Source: Betaproteobacteria bacterium
GTDB taxonomy: Bacteria > Pseudomonadota > Gammaproteobacteria > Burkholderiales > Rhodocyclaceae
DNA length: 64,000 nt
NCBI GenBank assembly: GCA_009779265.1
Contig: WREP01000005.1
Location: 13,478-77,477, forward strand
Direction of reading: 5' to 3'
Shown: piece by piece, positions 40,887 to 62,858 of the stretch
Layout: each line of letters starts with the position of its first letter
Position numbering within the stretch: the first letter of the stretch is position 1
Made by a program: the position numbers and the translations under genes
The notes under the pieces: model-generated
What the model saw: only the letters and a program-made list of their open reading frames with translations
What the model was told of the DNA's origin: nothing
Databases searched by the model: none

Positions 40887-41801
40887 ATGCTCAAGCAACG
40901 CACCTTGAAGTCCGTGATCCGCGCCTCCGGCGTCGGCCTGCACGGCGGTTTCAAGGTCAACATGACCCTGCGCCCGGCTGCCCCGGATAGCGGCATCGTT
41001 TTTCGTCGCACCGATCTGCCGGAACCGGTGGATATTCCCGCTGCCGCCCTCCTGGTTGGCGATACGCGCATGTGTTCCTGCCTGGAAAAGGACGGTGTCA
41101 AGGTTGGCACCATCGAGCACCTGATGTCCGCCTTCGCCGGACTCGGTATCGACAACGCCTGGGTCGATCTGGATGCGCCGGAAGTGCCCATCCTCGACGG
41201 CTCGGCCGCGCCCTTCGTGTTCCTCATCCAGTCCGCCGGCATCGAGGAGCAGAACGCCGCCAAGCAATTTATTCGCGTCACCCGTCCGGTCGAGGTCCGC
41301 GACGGCGACAAGTGGGCGCGTTTTGAACCTTACGACGGCTACAGCCTGACTTTTTCCATCATTTTCAACCATCCGGCCATCGACAAGTCGGCGCAGCGCG
41401 CCGAGATCGACTTTGCCCGTCATTCCTACATCCGCGAAGTCGCCCGCGCCCGCACCTTCGGCTTCATGCAGGAAGTCGAATACCTGCGCGAGCACGGTCT
41501 GGCGCTCGGCGGCGGTCTGGAAAACGCCATCGTCCTCGACGAATTCCGCGTCCTCAACCAGGACGGCCTGCGCTACGGCGACGAATTCGTCAAACACAAG
41601 ATTCTTGACGCGGTGGGCGATCTCTATCTGATCGGCCATCCGCTGCTCGCCGCCTATTCCTCGCACAAGGGCGGCCACGCGCTGAACAATCTCCTCGCCC
41701 GCGAACTGCTCAACCGGCAGGATGCCTGGGAAACGGTCAGCTTCGCCGACGCCGCCACGGCGCCCGCCGGCATCACCCGCTGGCTGACCCAGGCCGCTTG
41801 A
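40887..41801 (+). CDS. lpxC: UDP-3-O-acyl-GlcNAc deacetylase
   Basis: [27 protein letters not shown] and HKILDAVGD motifs. Confidence 0.97.
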   Translation: MLKQRTLKSVIRASGVGLHGGFKVNMTLRPAAPDSGIVFRRTDLPEPVDIPAAALLVGDTRMCSCLEKDGVKVGTIEHLMSAFAGLGIDNAWVDLDAPEVPILDGSAAPFVFLIQSAGIEEQNAAKQFIRVTRPVEVRDGDKWARFEPYDGYSLTFSIIFNHPAIDKSAQRAEIDFARHSYIREVARARTFGFMQEVEYLREHGLALGGGLENAIVLDEFRVLNQDGLRYGDEFVKHKILDAVGDLYLIGHPLLAAYSSHKGGHALNNLLARELLNRQDAWETVSFADAATAPAGITRWLTQAA

Positions 41802-41807
41802 TCGCCG

Positions 41808-41996
41808 ATGTGGCTGCTGCGCCTTCTGGCAGTCATTCTGCTCATTGCCATCGGCGCTGGCCTCGTGCTTTACGCTCTGACCCGGGATCGTTCCTGGCTG
41901 GCGCTGTCCTGGCGCCTGTTTCGCTGGGGCATCGTCTTTGCGCTGATCGTATTCGCCCTGATGTTCGTCGAGCGCCTCGCCGTCATTCCGATCTGA
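41808..41996 (+). CDS. Small hypothetical membrane protein (62 aa, two TM segments)
   Basis: Two hydrophobic helices joined by TRDRSW; starts 6 nt after lpxC; no strong SD seen. Confidence 0.6.
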   Translation: MWLLRLLAVILLIAIGAGLVLYALTRDRSWLALSWRLFRWGIVFALIVFALMFVERLAVIPI

Positions 41997-42414
41997 CGCG
42001 CCCCAGCAGCGCCGCCAGCGCATCTTTCAGCGAGCCGGCCGGCAGATCGCCATACACCGTTTCCAGACTGGCAACGGCTTGGGCGGAAAGCGACTTTGGC
42101 GGAACACTGGCTGGTCGCGCGGGCAGTTGCCGGGGTTGAACTTTTACCACCATGTCGCTACACTTAAATTTCGAACTGGATAAATCGTCGCACAAGCGCA
42201 GGCTCATCTGGCGCAACTTGGCGGCGACCGCGCCGTTTTCGGCGTGAATAATAAGAGTCCCCGACTTGTAATTGGCAACATGGGCGGCGTGCCGCAAACC
42301 TGCAGGAACGAGTGCCGCAAAGCGCTGGGAAAGCTTGAGCAGCAGTCTGGCATGAGCCATCAGCCGTGAGGTGTTGGCGTCGCTGTCGAGATACTGTTCT
42401 GGCCCTTGGTACAT
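41983..42414 (-). CDS. DciA/DUF721-family protein (helicase loader-like)
   Basis: LIIHAENGAVAAKLRQ..VKVQP pattern and the position between lpxC and M23/secA are typical of DUF721; start uncertain (42414 or 42360). Confidence 0.75.
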   Translation of the reverse strand: MYQGPEQYLDSDANTSRLMAHARLLLKLSQRFAALVPAGLRHAAHVANYKSGTLIIHAENGAVAAKLRQMSLRLCDDLSSSKFKCSDMVVKVQPRQLPARPASVPPKSLSAQAVASLETVYGDLPAGSLKDALAALLGRVRSE

Positions 42415-42427
42415 GGGAGGTATTTGC

Positions 42428-43384
42428 ATGCAGATCATTCTGGTGTCCCGCCATTTTCGCACGGCGCGCACGATCGCCATTATGCCCCGGCATGTTCTTC
42501 TGGCGGCGGCTGGTTTCGTCGCGCTGGTGCTGTCCACCTCCCTGCTCTTGTCCTGGCTGTCGGTGCACTGGCGTCTGCCCCTGGTCGAGAATCTGGTCAT
42601 GGATGTGTACCTGAAGGAAAGCCAGCGCATCGACGATCACGTCAGCAACAATCTGCGCCTGCTGGCCAACAGGCTGGGCGAACTGCAAGGGAAGCTGATG
42701 CAACTCGACAGCCTTGGCGGGCGCGTCGCCAGTCTGACCGACAGCAAGCCTGCGCCCGCCGCCGCCCCCGCCCCGGCCCTGGCGACCCTGCCGAACGTCT
42801 TGGCGCCGCGCGCAGGGCAGGGCGGCCCGTTCATGCCGGTGCCCCTGAATGCTACTGAATTGCAGCAGGAAATCGAGCGCCTGGCAGCCGCCGTCGACAA
42901 TCGCGCGGCGGATCTGGAGGCGCTCGAATTCCAGTTGCTCGAAGAGCGGGTTCGCAATCGCCTGTTGCCGACCACGCTGCCGGTCAAGGCGGCCTATTTT
43001 GGCTCCTCCTTCGGCGTGCGCACTGATCCGATTGTCGGCGAGCAGGCTCGCCACGAGGGCATCGACTTCGTCGCCCCGGCCGGCACGCCTATCGTCGCCG
43101 CCGCCGATGGCGTGGTGCTGACGGCCGGGTTTCATCCGGAATTCGGCAATATGATCGACATCGATCACAGCGGCGGCCTGACTTCGCGTTATGCCCACCT
43201 CTCCCGCATCAATGTGGCGCCCGGCGCCCTGGTCAAGCATGGCGAGCGCATCGGCGCGGTTGGCAGCACTGGACGCTCGACCGGCCCGCATCTGCATTTC
43301 GAGGTGCGTATGCTCGGCGTGGCCCAGAATCCGGCGCTATTTCTCAAGCAGAACAGCGAGTTCGCGCGCTTCGCGCGGCGCTGA
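42428..43384 (+). CDS. M23-family metallopeptidase
   Basis: TM helix plus coiled coil; HEGIDF (HxxxD), YAHLS and STGPHLHFEV motifs. Confidence 0.9.
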   Translation: MQIILVSRHFRTARTIAIMPRHVLLAAAGFVALVLSTSLLLSWLSVHWRLPLVENLVMDVYLKESQRIDDHVSNNLRLLANRLGELQGKLMQLDSLGGRVASLTDSKPAPAAAPAPALATLPNVLAPRAGQGGPFMPVPLNATELQQEIERLAAAVDNRAADLEALEFQLLEERVRNRLLPTTLPVKAAYFGSSFGVRTDPIVGEQARHEGIDFVAPAGTPIVAAADGVVLTAGFHPEFGNMIDIDHSGGLTSRYAHLSRINVAPGALVKHGERIGAVGSTGRSTGPHLHFEVRMLGVAQNPALFLKQNSEFARFARR

Positions 43385-43477
43385 TTCGCCGTCGGCGATC
43401 CTTCGTTTCCCGGCGCGCCGGGGTGGCATGCTAAAATCCGCATTTTGCCGCGCTTGGCGCCACCATTACGGATTGCG

Positions 43478-46198
<2,721 letters not shown>

Positions 46199-46260
46199 TG
46201 TCCCTTACCGCCGCTCGCCAGTCGACCTGGCGCGCGGCAACATGATTCCGAATCGTCCCC

Positions 46261-47487
46261 ATGCCCGTCAATTACGCCACCCCTGCCGCCGATCAACTCT
46301 TGCCGGTCGCCGGCATCCGCCTTGGCGTCGCCGCGGCGGAAATCCGTAAGAAAAACCACCGCGACCTGACCCTGCTTGCGCTCGACGCCGGGTGTACCGT
46401 GGCCGGAGTGTTTACCAGCAACCGCTTTTGCGCCGCGCCGGTGCAATTGTGCCGCCAGCACCTCGCCGGCAGCGGGGAAATCCGCGCCCTGGTGATCAAC
46501 ACCGGCAATGCCAATGCCGGCACCGGCGAGCCGGGATGCCGCGCCGCCCAGGCGACTTGCGACGCGGTGGCCGGCCTCTTCGGCGTGGCGGCGGAGCAGG
46601 TGCTGCCTTTCTCCACCGGCGTCATTCTCGAACCGTTGCCGGTCGAGCGCCTCATCGCCGGCCTGCCGGCGGCCCAGGCCGATTTGCGCGGCGACAACTG
46701 GCACGCCGCCGCGCATGCCATCATGACCACCGACACCGTCGCCAAGGCCGCCTCGCGCAGCCTCGTCAGCAATGGCCGCAAGGTTGTCATCACCGGCATC
46801 TCCAAGGGCGCCGGCATGATCAAGCCGAACATGGCGACCATGCTCGGCTTCCTCGCCACCGACGCCGGCATCGCCCAGCCGCTGCTCGACCGTCTGGTCA
46901 AGGAGGCGGCGGATGCCTCCTTCAACTGCATCACCGTCGATGGCGACACCTCGACCAACGACTCCTTCGTCATGATCGCCAGCGGCCAATCCGGCGTCAG
47001 TTTCGCCAGCGAGGGCGACGCCGGCTGGGCCGAATTCAAGGCCGCGATCATTGCCGTGGCGATTGAATTGGCCCAAGCCATCGTGCGTGACGGCGAAGGT
47101 GCGACCAAGTTCATCACCGTCGCCGTCGAAGGCGGCAAGAATGTCGAAGAATGCCGCCAGGTCGGCTATGCCATCGGCCACTCGCCGCTGGTCAAGACCG
47201 CCTTCTTTGCCTCCGATCCCAACCTCGGGCGCATCCTGGCGGCCATCGGCTATGCCGGCATAGCCGATCTCGACGTCGACGCCGTCCGGGTCTGGCTCGA
47301 CGACGTGCTGGTCGCCGAAGCGGGCGGTCGCGCCGCCACCTACCGCGAAGAGGACGGCGCCCGCGTCATGGCCGGCGCCGAAATCACCGTGCGCGTCAAT
47401 CTCGGCCGCGGCCCTGCGGCGGCGCAGGTTTATACCTGCGACCTGTCCTACGACTACGTCAAGATCAACGCCGACTACCGCAGCTAG
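46261..47487 (+). CDS. argJ: Ornithine acetyltransferase / N-acetylglutamate synthase
   Basis: [30 protein letters not shown] and [10 protein letters not shown] motifs. Confidence 0.96.
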   Translation: MPVNYATPAADQLLPVAGIRLGVAAAEIRKKNHRDLTLLALDAGCTVAGVFTSNRFCAAPVQLCRQHLAGSGEIRALVINTGNANAGTGEPGCRAAQATCDAVAGLFGVAAEQVLPFSTGVILEPLPVERLIAGLPAAQADLRGDNWHAAAHAIMTTDTVAKAASRSLVSNGRKVVITGISKGAGMIKPNMATMLGFLATDAGIAQPLLDRLVKEAADASFNCITVDGDTSTNDSFVMIASGQSGVSFASEGDAGWAEFKAAIIAVAIELAQAIVRDGEGATKFITVAVEGGKNVEECRQVGYAIGHSPLVKTAFFASDPNLGRILAAIGYAGIADLDVDAVRVWLDDVLVAEAGGRAATYREEDGARVMAGAEITVRVNLGRGPAAAQVYTCDLSYDYVKINADYRS

Positions 47488-47512
47488 TCAAAACAGCCCG
47501 GACAATGCCAGC

Positions 47513-47538
47513 AAGCCCGCGAAAATGCGGGCTTTTTT
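47513..47538 (+). terminator. Intrinsic terminator after argJ
   Basis: AAGCCCGC-gaaaat-GCGGGCTT followed by TTTT. Confidence 0.8.
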
Positions 47539-47569
47539 GGCTGTGGCGAATGCTTTATGACTTTCGCCG

Positions 47570-48925
47570 TCAGCCGCAGACCGCCGCGCGCACGACCTCG
47601 GCCAGTTGTTCGGCCATTGCCGCGACTTCGCCGGCATCCTCGCCTTCGACCATGACGCGCAGCAGGGGTTCGGTGCCGGAGGCGCGCAGCAGTACCCGGC
47701 CACGGCCGTTCATCCGCGCTTCCACCGCCGCCAGTCCGGCGGCAATGCGGGCGTCGGTGCGCCAGGGGAAATCCTTGCTGATCGGCACGTTGATGAGTTT
47801 TTGCGGATAAAGCACCAGCCCGCCGAGGAGCGAACGCAGATCGCCGCCGTTTTGGCGCAGCGCGGCCAGCGTCTGCAAGGCGGCAATGGTGCCGTCGCCG
47901 GTGGTGTGGCGGTCGAGAGCGAGGATATGGCCGGAGTTCTCGCCGCCGTACAGCCAGCCCTTTTCGTTGAGCATTTCCAGCACATAGCGGTCGCCCACCG
48001 CCGCCCGGGCGAAAGGTACGCCCATCTTGGCCAGTGCGTGTTCGAGCGCGAGATTGCTCATCAGCGTGCCGGCGACGCCCTTGACCGGGGCCAGCCGGGC
48101 GCGGCTGCGGACAATGGCGTAGAGCACCTGGTCGCCGTCGTAGAGATTGCCTTCGGCGTCGACCATCTGGACGCGGTCGGCATCGCCGTCGAGGGCGACG
48201 CCGAGATCAGCGCCGTGGGCGATGACGGCCTCGGCCAGCGCCCTGGGCGCCGTGGCGCCGACGCCGTCGTTGATGTTCAGGCCGTTCGGCTGCACGCCGA
48301 TACTGACGACCTCGGCGCCGAGTTCGTGGAAGATGCTGGGCGCCGTGTGGTAGGCCGCGCCGTGGGCGCAATCGACGACAATTTTCAGGCCGCGCAGATC
48401 GAGATCATTGGGGAAAGTGCTTTTGCAGAACTCGATGTAACGGCCGCGCGCATCCTCGATGCGGCGCACCCGCCCAAGGCCGTCCGCCGGCGCGCAGGCG
48501 ATGGGCTGGTCGATCGCGGCTTCGATGGCGCGCTCGACCTCATCCGGCAGCTTCGTCCCTTGGGCGGAGAAAAATTTGATGCCGTTGTCTTGATACGGGT
48601 TGTGCGAGGCCGAAATAACGATGCCCGCCTGCAAGCGCAGCGCCCGCGTCAGGTAGGCGACCGCTGGCGTCGGCAGCGGCCCGGTCAGGATGACATCGAC
48701 GCCCGCCGCCGAAAACCCGGCTTCGAGCGCCGATTCGAGCATGTAGCCGGAGAGCCGGGTGTCCTTGCCGATCAACACCTGTGGCCGCTCGCCAGCCGGC
48801 ATCTGGCTTTCGCCGATGAGGACGCGGCCGGCGGCATAGCCCAGGCGCATGACGAAATCCGGTGTGATCGGTGTTGCGCCGACCCGTCCGCGCACCCCGT
48901 CGGTGCCAAAATATTTTCTGCTCAT
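47570..48925 (-). CDS. glmM: Phosphoglucosamine mutase
   Basis: [29 protein letters not shown] and RASGTEP motifs. Confidence 0.97.
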   Translation of the reverse strand: MSRKYFGTDGVRGRVGATPITPDFVMRLGYAAGRVLIGESQMPAGERPQVLIGKDTRLSGYMLESALEAGFSAAGVDVILTGPLPTPAVAYLTRALRLQAGIVISASHNPYQDNGIKFFSAQGTKLPDEVERAIEAAIDQPIACAPADGLGRVRRIEDARGRYIEFCKSTFPNDLDLRGLKIVVDCAHGAAYHTAPSIFHELGAEVVSIGVQPNGLNINDGVGATAPRALAEAVIAHGADLGVALDGDADRVQMVDAEGNLYDGDQVLYAIVRSRARLAPVKGVAGTLMSNLALEHALAKMGVPFARAAVGDRYVLEMLNEKGWLYGGENSGHILALDRHTTGDGTIAALQTLAALRQNGGDLRSLLGGLVLYPQKLINVPISKDFPWRTDARIAAGLAAVEARMNGRGRVLLRASGTEPLLRVMVEGEDAGEVAAMAEQLAEVVRAAVCG

Positions 48926-49725
48926 GGTGATTCTCCTTGATTTTCCTTGCCGCCTGGTTTCTCGACTCGCGCCCGCCTTTCCACCATTCTGGCGATCAGG
49001 GTATCCGCCACTGGCAGCAGCAAAAGGAGCAGCGAAAGGAGTAGCAAGGTTTTTTGATAACTGTTTAAGGCTTTATTGACACTCTGGCTGACGATGCTAT
49101 TAACAAAATTGCCTAACAGCAATTCAGTCACGCTCTGCCGCCACAATTTTGAAAGATTTTCCTTGTCCAGGCCGGAAACATCGGAAATTTTCTTGTTGAA
49201 CTCGTCCGTCACGTAATTGACAAGCGTTTCAGATGCCTTTTCCATGAACGGGACAGGCAGCTTGTTGATGAGGTCGCCAAGGCTGTTCGCCGCATCCGTA
49301 TCCTTGAAACGCAGTTCGATCTCATTTTGCATTTGCCTTTTGAGCGCGGGCAGTGAGAGATTGCTGCCGACCTCCGGCGGGATATCCTGAAGAAATTCGA
49401 GCGCCGCTTGCTTGAAAGGCTGCAAGAGGACGTTGACGACGCCCTCGTTGATTTCTTTTGCATGGTGCAGCAAGCCAAAACCGGCGCCAGCGCCAAGGCA
49501 AACGATGGGAATATAAAGCAAATACAACTTGGCGGCGATATTCCAGTACCTGTTTCGCCGCCAGAAAAATTTGAATTTCGCACCGACAATCAGTGCCGCC
49601 AAGGCCAGAGCGAAGCCCAATGCCGCGAACTTGGCGCTACTCCAAAGAGCATCCAGCGGGCTGGAAAAAATACTCGAATGCCCAAGTAATGAAAGGAAGG
49701 AAAACCAGGATTCAAGACCAAACAT
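48922..49725 (-). CDS. Hypothetical membrane protein (267 aa)
   Basis: N-terminal TM segments, helical soluble middle, C-terminal TM; AT-richer; stop overlaps the glmM ATG. Confidence 0.7.
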   Translation of the reverse strand: MFGLESWFSFLSLLGHSSIFSSPLDALWSSAKFAALGFALALAALIVGAKFKFFWRRNRYWNIAAKLYLLYIPIVCLGAGAGFGLLHHAKEINEGVVNVLLQPFKQAALEFLQDIPPEVGSNLSLPALKRQMQNEIELRFKDTDAANSLGDLINKLPVPFMEKASETLVNYVTDEFNKKISDVSGLDKENLSKLWRQSVTELLLGNFVNSIVSQSVNKALNSYQKTLLLLSLLLLLLPVADTLIARMVERRARVEKPGGKENQGESP

Positions 49726-49788
49726 GGCGCATATTCCGGTTGTGGTGGGAATAAGAAGGTGATCTTGGTGCGCCTGGAATCGCGGGTT

Positions 49789-50625
49789 TCAAGTGTCGTC
49801 TCCAGATTCAAGCGCCGCCCAGACGGCCAAGGCATCGCGGGTCGCGGCGACATCGTGCACGCGCAGAATGCGCGCGCCCTTGCCGGCGGCCAGCACGGCT
49901 GCCGCGACGCTGGCCGGCAGGCGCTCGCCGACTGGCCGGCCGGTCAGTTCGCCAAGCATCGACTTGCGCGAAACGCCGGCCAGCAGTGGCAAATCGTCGA
50001 CGGTCACGGCCGTCAGGCGGCGAAACAGGGTCAGATTATGGGCGAGCGATTTGCCGAAACCAAAGCCCGGATCGAGCAGCAGGCGGTTGTCGGCGATGCC
50101 GGCGCGGCGGCAGCGCGCCACCGCCGCCGCGAGAAAGGCGCCGACTTCGGCCACGACATCGCGATAGGCCGGCGCCCGCTGCATGGCGTCCGGCTCGCCC
50201 TGCATGTGCATCAGGCAGACAGCGCAATCGCTGGCGGCCACCGCCGCCAGCGCCTCGGGCTGGGCCATGGCGGTGATGTCGTTGATCATCGCCGCGCCGG
50301 CCGCCAGCGCCGCGCGCATCACGGCGGGCTTGCGCGTATCGACAGAAATCGGCATGCCCCAGGTGGCGACTTCTTCCAGCACCGGCAGCAGGCGGCGCAA
50401 TTCCTCGTCTTCCGGCGCTGGCATGGCGCCGGGGCGCGTCGATTCGGCGCCGAGATCAAGCACATCCGCGCCCGCGTCGCGCTGCATCCGGGCATGGGCG
50501 ATGGCGCGCTCAAGGTCGCCATTCAGGCCGTCGCCGGAAAAGGAGTCGGACGTCAGGTTGACGATGCCCATGACCAGCGGGCGTTGCAAGGGTAGGCGGT
50601 AAGGCCCGCAATGAAGAAAACGCAT
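49789..50625 (-). CDS. folP: Dihydropteroate synthase
   Basis: MGIVNLTSDSFSGDG, GAESTRPG, ISVDT, DPGFGFGK, SRKS and RVHDV motifs; start at ATG 50625. Confidence 0.95.
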   Translation of the reverse strand: MRFLHCGPYRLPLQRPLVMGIVNLTSDSFSGDGLNGDLERAIAHARMQRDAGADVLDLGAESTRPGAMPAPEDEELRRLLPVLEEVATWGMPISVDTRKPAVMRAALAAGAAMINDITAMAQPEALAAVAASDCAVCLMHMQGEPDAMQRAPAYRDVVAEVGAFLAAAVARCRRAGIADNRLLLDPGFGFGKSLAHNLTLFRRLTAVTVDDLPLLAGVSRKSMLGELTGRPVGERLPASVAAAVLAAGKGARILRVHDVAATRDALAVWAALESGDDT

Positions 50626-50660
50626 GGTAGGGCAGTTTTGATTTAAATCCGCACGAAACG

Positions 50661-50730
50661 GGATTGCTTCGCGGCGCTCGCGTGACGGCTGGGCCTTGTC
50701 ATTGCGCGGCGCGAAGCGGCGAAGCAATCC
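50661..50730. repeat. CGTC-type REP-like palindromic dimer
   Basis: GGATTGCTTCGC (50661-50672) and GCGAAGCAATCC (50719-50730) form a perfect 12-bp outer inverted repeat, with inner GTGAC/GTCATTGCG ends; related copy at 63945-64000. Confidence 0.75.
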
Positions 50731-50773
50731 AGAAATGTGAGTATTTGAACAAAATTTGTGCTGGATGAAAATG

Positions 50774-50797
50774 AAAAGGCCGGGTTTTGCCCCCGGC
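50774..50797 (-). terminator. Intrinsic terminator after ftsH
   Basis: GGCCGGG/CCCGGCC stem followed by TTTT on the minus strand. Confidence 0.65.
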
Positions 50798-50818
50798 CCA
50801 TGATGTTTTCCGCCCGGC

Positions 50819-52714
<1,896 letters not shown>

Positions 52715-52768
52715 GCAGGCTCTCCTTCTACAACGTCGAGCGGCAAAATAGCCATTTTAACGCTTCTA

Positions 52769-53386
52769 TTAGCGTAAGGTACGGCCGAGCAGATAAAGCT
52801 CGGCGCTGCGGTCGCGCGAGGCGTCGGGCTTGCGCACCGCCACCGTGCGGAAAGTTTCGCGCATGGCGCGCAGAAATGCTTCGTAATCCGTCCCCTGAAA
52901 CACCTTGACGAGAAACGCGCCGTCCGCTTGCAGCCGCGCCCGGCAGAATTCGAGGCCCAGTTCGGCCAGATGCATGACGCGCGCCTGATCGACCAGCGGC
53001 ACGCCGGACATGTTGGGCGCCATGTCCGACAGGACGAGGCCGACCCGGCGTTCGCCGAGTTGCGCTTCCAGTTGCGCCAGCACGGCCTCCTCGCGGAAAT
53101 CGCCTTGAATGAAGCTGACGCCGGGGAGGGGCGGCATTTCCAGCAGATCGAGGGCGAATACCAGGCCGCCAGCGCCCACCCGCTTGGCCGCCACCTGCGA
53201 CCAGCCACCGGGCGCGGCGCCGAGATCGACCACCACCGCGCCGGGCTTGAGGAGCTTGTCCTTGTCGTCGATTTCCATCAGCTTGAAAGCGGCGCGCGAA
53301 CGCCAGCCTTCCTTCCTGGCAAGCTGGACGTAGGGATCGTTGACGTGTTCCTGCATCCACGCCTTACTGGTTCGGGTGCGTTTCAT
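52769..53386 (-). CDS. rlmE: 23S rRNA Um2552 methyltransferase
   Basis: [29 protein letters not shown] and SRDRSAE motifs. Confidence 0.96.
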   Translation of the reverse strand: MKRTRTSKAWMQEHVNDPYVQLARKEGWRSRAAFKLMEIDDKDKLLKPGAVVVDLGAAPGGWSQVAAKRVGAGGLVFALDLLEMPPLPGVSFIQGDFREEAVLAQLEAQLGERRVGLVLSDMAPNMSGVPLVDQARVMHLAELGLEFCRARLQADGAFLVKVFQGTDYEAFLRAMRETFRTVAVRKPDASRDRSAELYLLGRTLR

Positions 53387-53421
53387 TCGATAGTAAAATA
53401 TGGTTTTTCAAGAATTTTCAC

Positions 53422-53772
53422 ATGCAACAACTGACTTCCGCCCAAGTGCGCGAACTACGCGCCAAAGCCCACGCCCTGAACCCGGTCGTGTCTATTTCCG
53501 ACAAGGGACTCAGCGCGGCGGTGCTGAAGGAAATCGACACCTGCCTCAAGGCGCACGAGTTGATCAAGGTCCGCGTCCACGGCGACGACCGCGAACACCG
53601 CCTGGCCTGCCTGGAAACCATCTGCCGGGAACTCGACGCCGCGCCGGTACAGCATATCGGCAAACTGCTGGTGGTCTACCGGGAAAATCCCGAAAAACCC
53701 GCCGCCGCCAAGGCGCCGGCCAAACCGCGCGCCGCCGCGCCCCGGCGCAGCAAGCGCAGTTTTCAGGGTTGA
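53422..53772 (+). CDS. yhbY: CRM-domain RNA-binding protein YhbY
   Basis: LRAKAHALNPVV, HELIKV and QHIGKLLVVYR motifs; divergent from rlmE as usual. Confidence 0.92.
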   Translation: MQQLTSAQVRELRAKAHALNPVVSISDKGLSAAVLKEIDTCLKAHELIKVRVHGDDREHRLACLETICRELDAAPVQHIGKLLVVYRENPEKPAAAKAPAKPRAAAPRRSKRSFQG

Positions 53773-53806
53773 GGATAAGCGCACGAAGGGGAAAGATGCG
53801 GCGCGC

Positions 53807-53834
53807 GTAGGGGCGAATAATTATTCGCCCCTAC
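53807..53834. repeat. GTAG-type REP palindrome
   Basis: Perfect 28-bp palindrome GTAGGGGCGAATAATTATTCGCCCCTAC between convergent yhbY and greA. Confidence 0.85.
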
Positions 53835-53854
53835 ATCGACCATGATCGCTCCGC

Positions 53855-54331
53855 TCACTCGTAGCGAACGTCAATAATCTCGTACTCGCGGATGCCGCCG
53901 GGTGCCTGGACCTGGGCGATGTCGCCGGCGTATTTGCCGATCAGGGCGCGGGCCATGGGCGAGGCGACGGACAGCTTGCCGTTCTTGATGTCGGCCTCGT
54001 CCTCGCCGACGATCTGGTAAGTCACGGTATCGCCGCTGTTTTGTTCTTCAAGTTCGACGGTGGCGCCGAAAACGCAGCGGCCGTCGGCGTCGAGCAGCCG
54101 GGGGTCGATGATCTGGGCGTTGCTGAGCTTGCCCTCGACCTCCTTGATGCGCCCTTCGAGGAAAGCCTGACGCTCCTTGGCCGCGTCGTATTCGGCGTTT
54201 TCCGACAAATCGCCGTGCGAGCGCGCCTCGGCGATGGCGGCGATGACATTGGGGCGATCCACCGTCTTCATGCGATGCAGTTCGGCGCGCAGTTTCTCGG
54301 CGCCGGCCACGGTCAGGGGAACTTTGCTCAT
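53855..54331 (-). CDS. greA: Transcription elongation factor GreA
   Basis: 158 aa; [14 protein letters not shown] and [10 protein letters not shown] motifs; follows carB. Confidence 0.96.
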   Translation of the reverse strand: MSKVPLTVAGAEKLRAELHRMKTVDRPNVIAAIAEARSHGDLSENAEYDAAKERQAFLEGRIKEVEGKLSNAQIIDPRLLDADGRCVFGATVELEEQNSGDTVTYQIVGEDEADIKNGKLSVASPMARALIGKYAGDIAQVQAPGGIREYEIIDVRYE

Positions 54332-54396
54332 TATTTCATCCGGCAAAAGCAAACCGCCGGCGCCCGCAATGGGCGGCCCGGCGGCTCGGGTTGATT

Positions 54397-57603
<3,207 letters not shown>

Positions 57604-57629
57604 GGGATGGTTCTCGCTGATTGCGCCCG

Positions 57630-58775
57630 TTACAGGGCCGCGACGCCGCGCGTCATGGTGTCGAGGAAGCGGTCGAACAGATCGACCACGTCATGCGGGC
57701 CGGAACTGGCCTCCGGATGTCCCTGGAAGGAGAAGGCCGGCACGTCGGTGCGGGCGATGCCTTGCAGGGAACCGTCGAACAAGGACACATGGGTGGCGCG
57801 CAGATTGTCCGGCAGCGAATCGGGATCGACCGCGAAACCGTGGTTCTGGCTGGTGATCAGCACCTTGCCGTTATCCAGATCCTTGACCGGATGGTTGGCG
57901 CCGTGGTGGCCGAATTTCATCTTCACCGTCCGGGCGCCGGAGGCCAGGGCCAGCAGTTGGTGGCCGAGGCAGATGCCGAAAAGCGGCACGCCGCGATCGA
58001 GGAATTCGCGGATGGCGGCGATGGCGTAATCGCAGGGTTGCGGATCACCCGGGCCGTTGGAAAGGAAAACGCCGTCGGGATTCATCGCCAGTACCTCGGC
58101 GGCTGGCGTCCAGGCCGGCACGACAGTCAGCCGCACGCCGCGTTCGGCCAGCATGCGCAGGATGTTGCGCTTGACGCCGAGATCATAGACGACGACATGG
58201 AAGCGTTGTTCGCTCGCCGTCTGGTAGCCTTGCAGGGTCCACCCGGCTTCGTCCCAGGTGTAGCTCTCCTTGACCGACACCAGTTTCGCCAGATCCATGC
58301 CGGCCAGCCCGGGAAAGGCGCGGGCGGTGGCCAGCGCCTTCGCCTCGTCGGCGCTGCCGGCGAGGATGCAGCCGGACTGGGCGCCCTTGTCGCGCAGGAT
58401 GCGGGTCAGCTTGCGCGTGTCGATGCCGGCGATGGCAACCATGCCGCGCTTCTTCAGCCAAGAGGACAAATCCTCCTGGCTGCGCCAGTTCGAGGCCAGC
58501 GGCGGCAGATCGCGAATGACCAGACCGGCGGCGAAATTTCCCGCCGACTCGAAGTCTTCCGCATTGCAGCCGGTATTGCCGATGTGCGGATAAGTCAGCG
58601 TGACGATCTGCCGGGAGTAGGACGGGTCGGTCAGGATTTCCTGATAACCCGACATCGAAGTATTAAACACCACCTCGCCGCTGGCCATGCCGTCGGCGCC
58701 GATGGAGTGGCCCGTGAAAACCGTTCCGTCGGCGAGAGCGAGAATGGCGGGGATAGATGAGGGCAACAGCGGCAT
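57630..58775 (-). CDS. carA: Carbamoyl-phosphate synthase small subunit
   Basis: [29 protein letters not shown] and QGHPE motifs; GGAG ribosome-binding site. Confidence 0.97.
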   Translation of the reverse strand: MPLLPSSIPAILALADGTVFTGHSIGADGMASGEVVFNTSMSGYQEILTDPSYSRQIVTLTYPHIGNTGCNAEDFESAGNFAAGLVIRDLPPLASNWRSQEDLSSWLKKRGMVAIAGIDTRKLTRILRDKGAQSGCILAGSADEAKALATARAFPGLAGMDLAKLVSVKESYTWDEAGWTLQGYQTASEQRFHVVVYDLGVKRNILRMLAERGVRLTVVPAWTPAAEVLAMNPDGVFLSNGPGDPQPCDYAIAAIREFLDRGVPLFGICLGHQLLALASGARTVKMKFGHHGANHPVKDLDNGKVLITSQNHGFAVDPDSLPDNLRATHVSLFDGSLQGIARTDVPAFSFQGHPEASSGPHDVVDLFDRFLDTMTRGVAAL

Positions 58776-58812
58776 GTCGGCTCTCCTGTAATTTTTCTGT
58801 TCGTTTACACGC

Positions 58813-58866
58813 CAAGCGGGAAGGCTTTTGCCTCCCCGCTTGTGTTTTTTTAACTCTAAGATTCTA
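58813..58866 (-). promoter_or_regulatory. carA leader hairpin and -10 element
   Basis: Minus-strand TAGAAT (58861-58866), then CAAGCGGGGAGGC-AAAA-GCCTTCCCGCTTG, a 13-bp stem with one GU pair. Confidence 0.6.
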
Positions 58867-58924
58867 CCCCGAAACCGTCTTTTAAGCCATCCCGGCCTTC
58901 CGGTTTGGGATTTTCTGGCCGCAT

Positions 58925-62749
<3,825 letters not shown>

Positions 62750-62858
62750 GCGGGTTTCCGGAATTTCTATCGGTCACGAAGCGGTATATCATAACCGAAT
62801 TCCCTTTGCCGCCCGCGCTGCCGCGCGCCTTGAAAGCATCCCCCTGAAAGCCTCACCC

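Noticed and set aside
48922-49788. Integron cassette origin for the two orphan genes (also 13222-13692)
   Set aside because: No attC-like RYYYAAC/GTTRRRY inverted structure was recognised, the 267-aa ORF overlaps glmM directly, and there is no integrase in the window.
50626-50727. N-terminal extension of FolP (MLRRFAPRND...)
   Set aside because: It is read-through of the REP-like palindrome; the FolP fold starts after ATG 50625.
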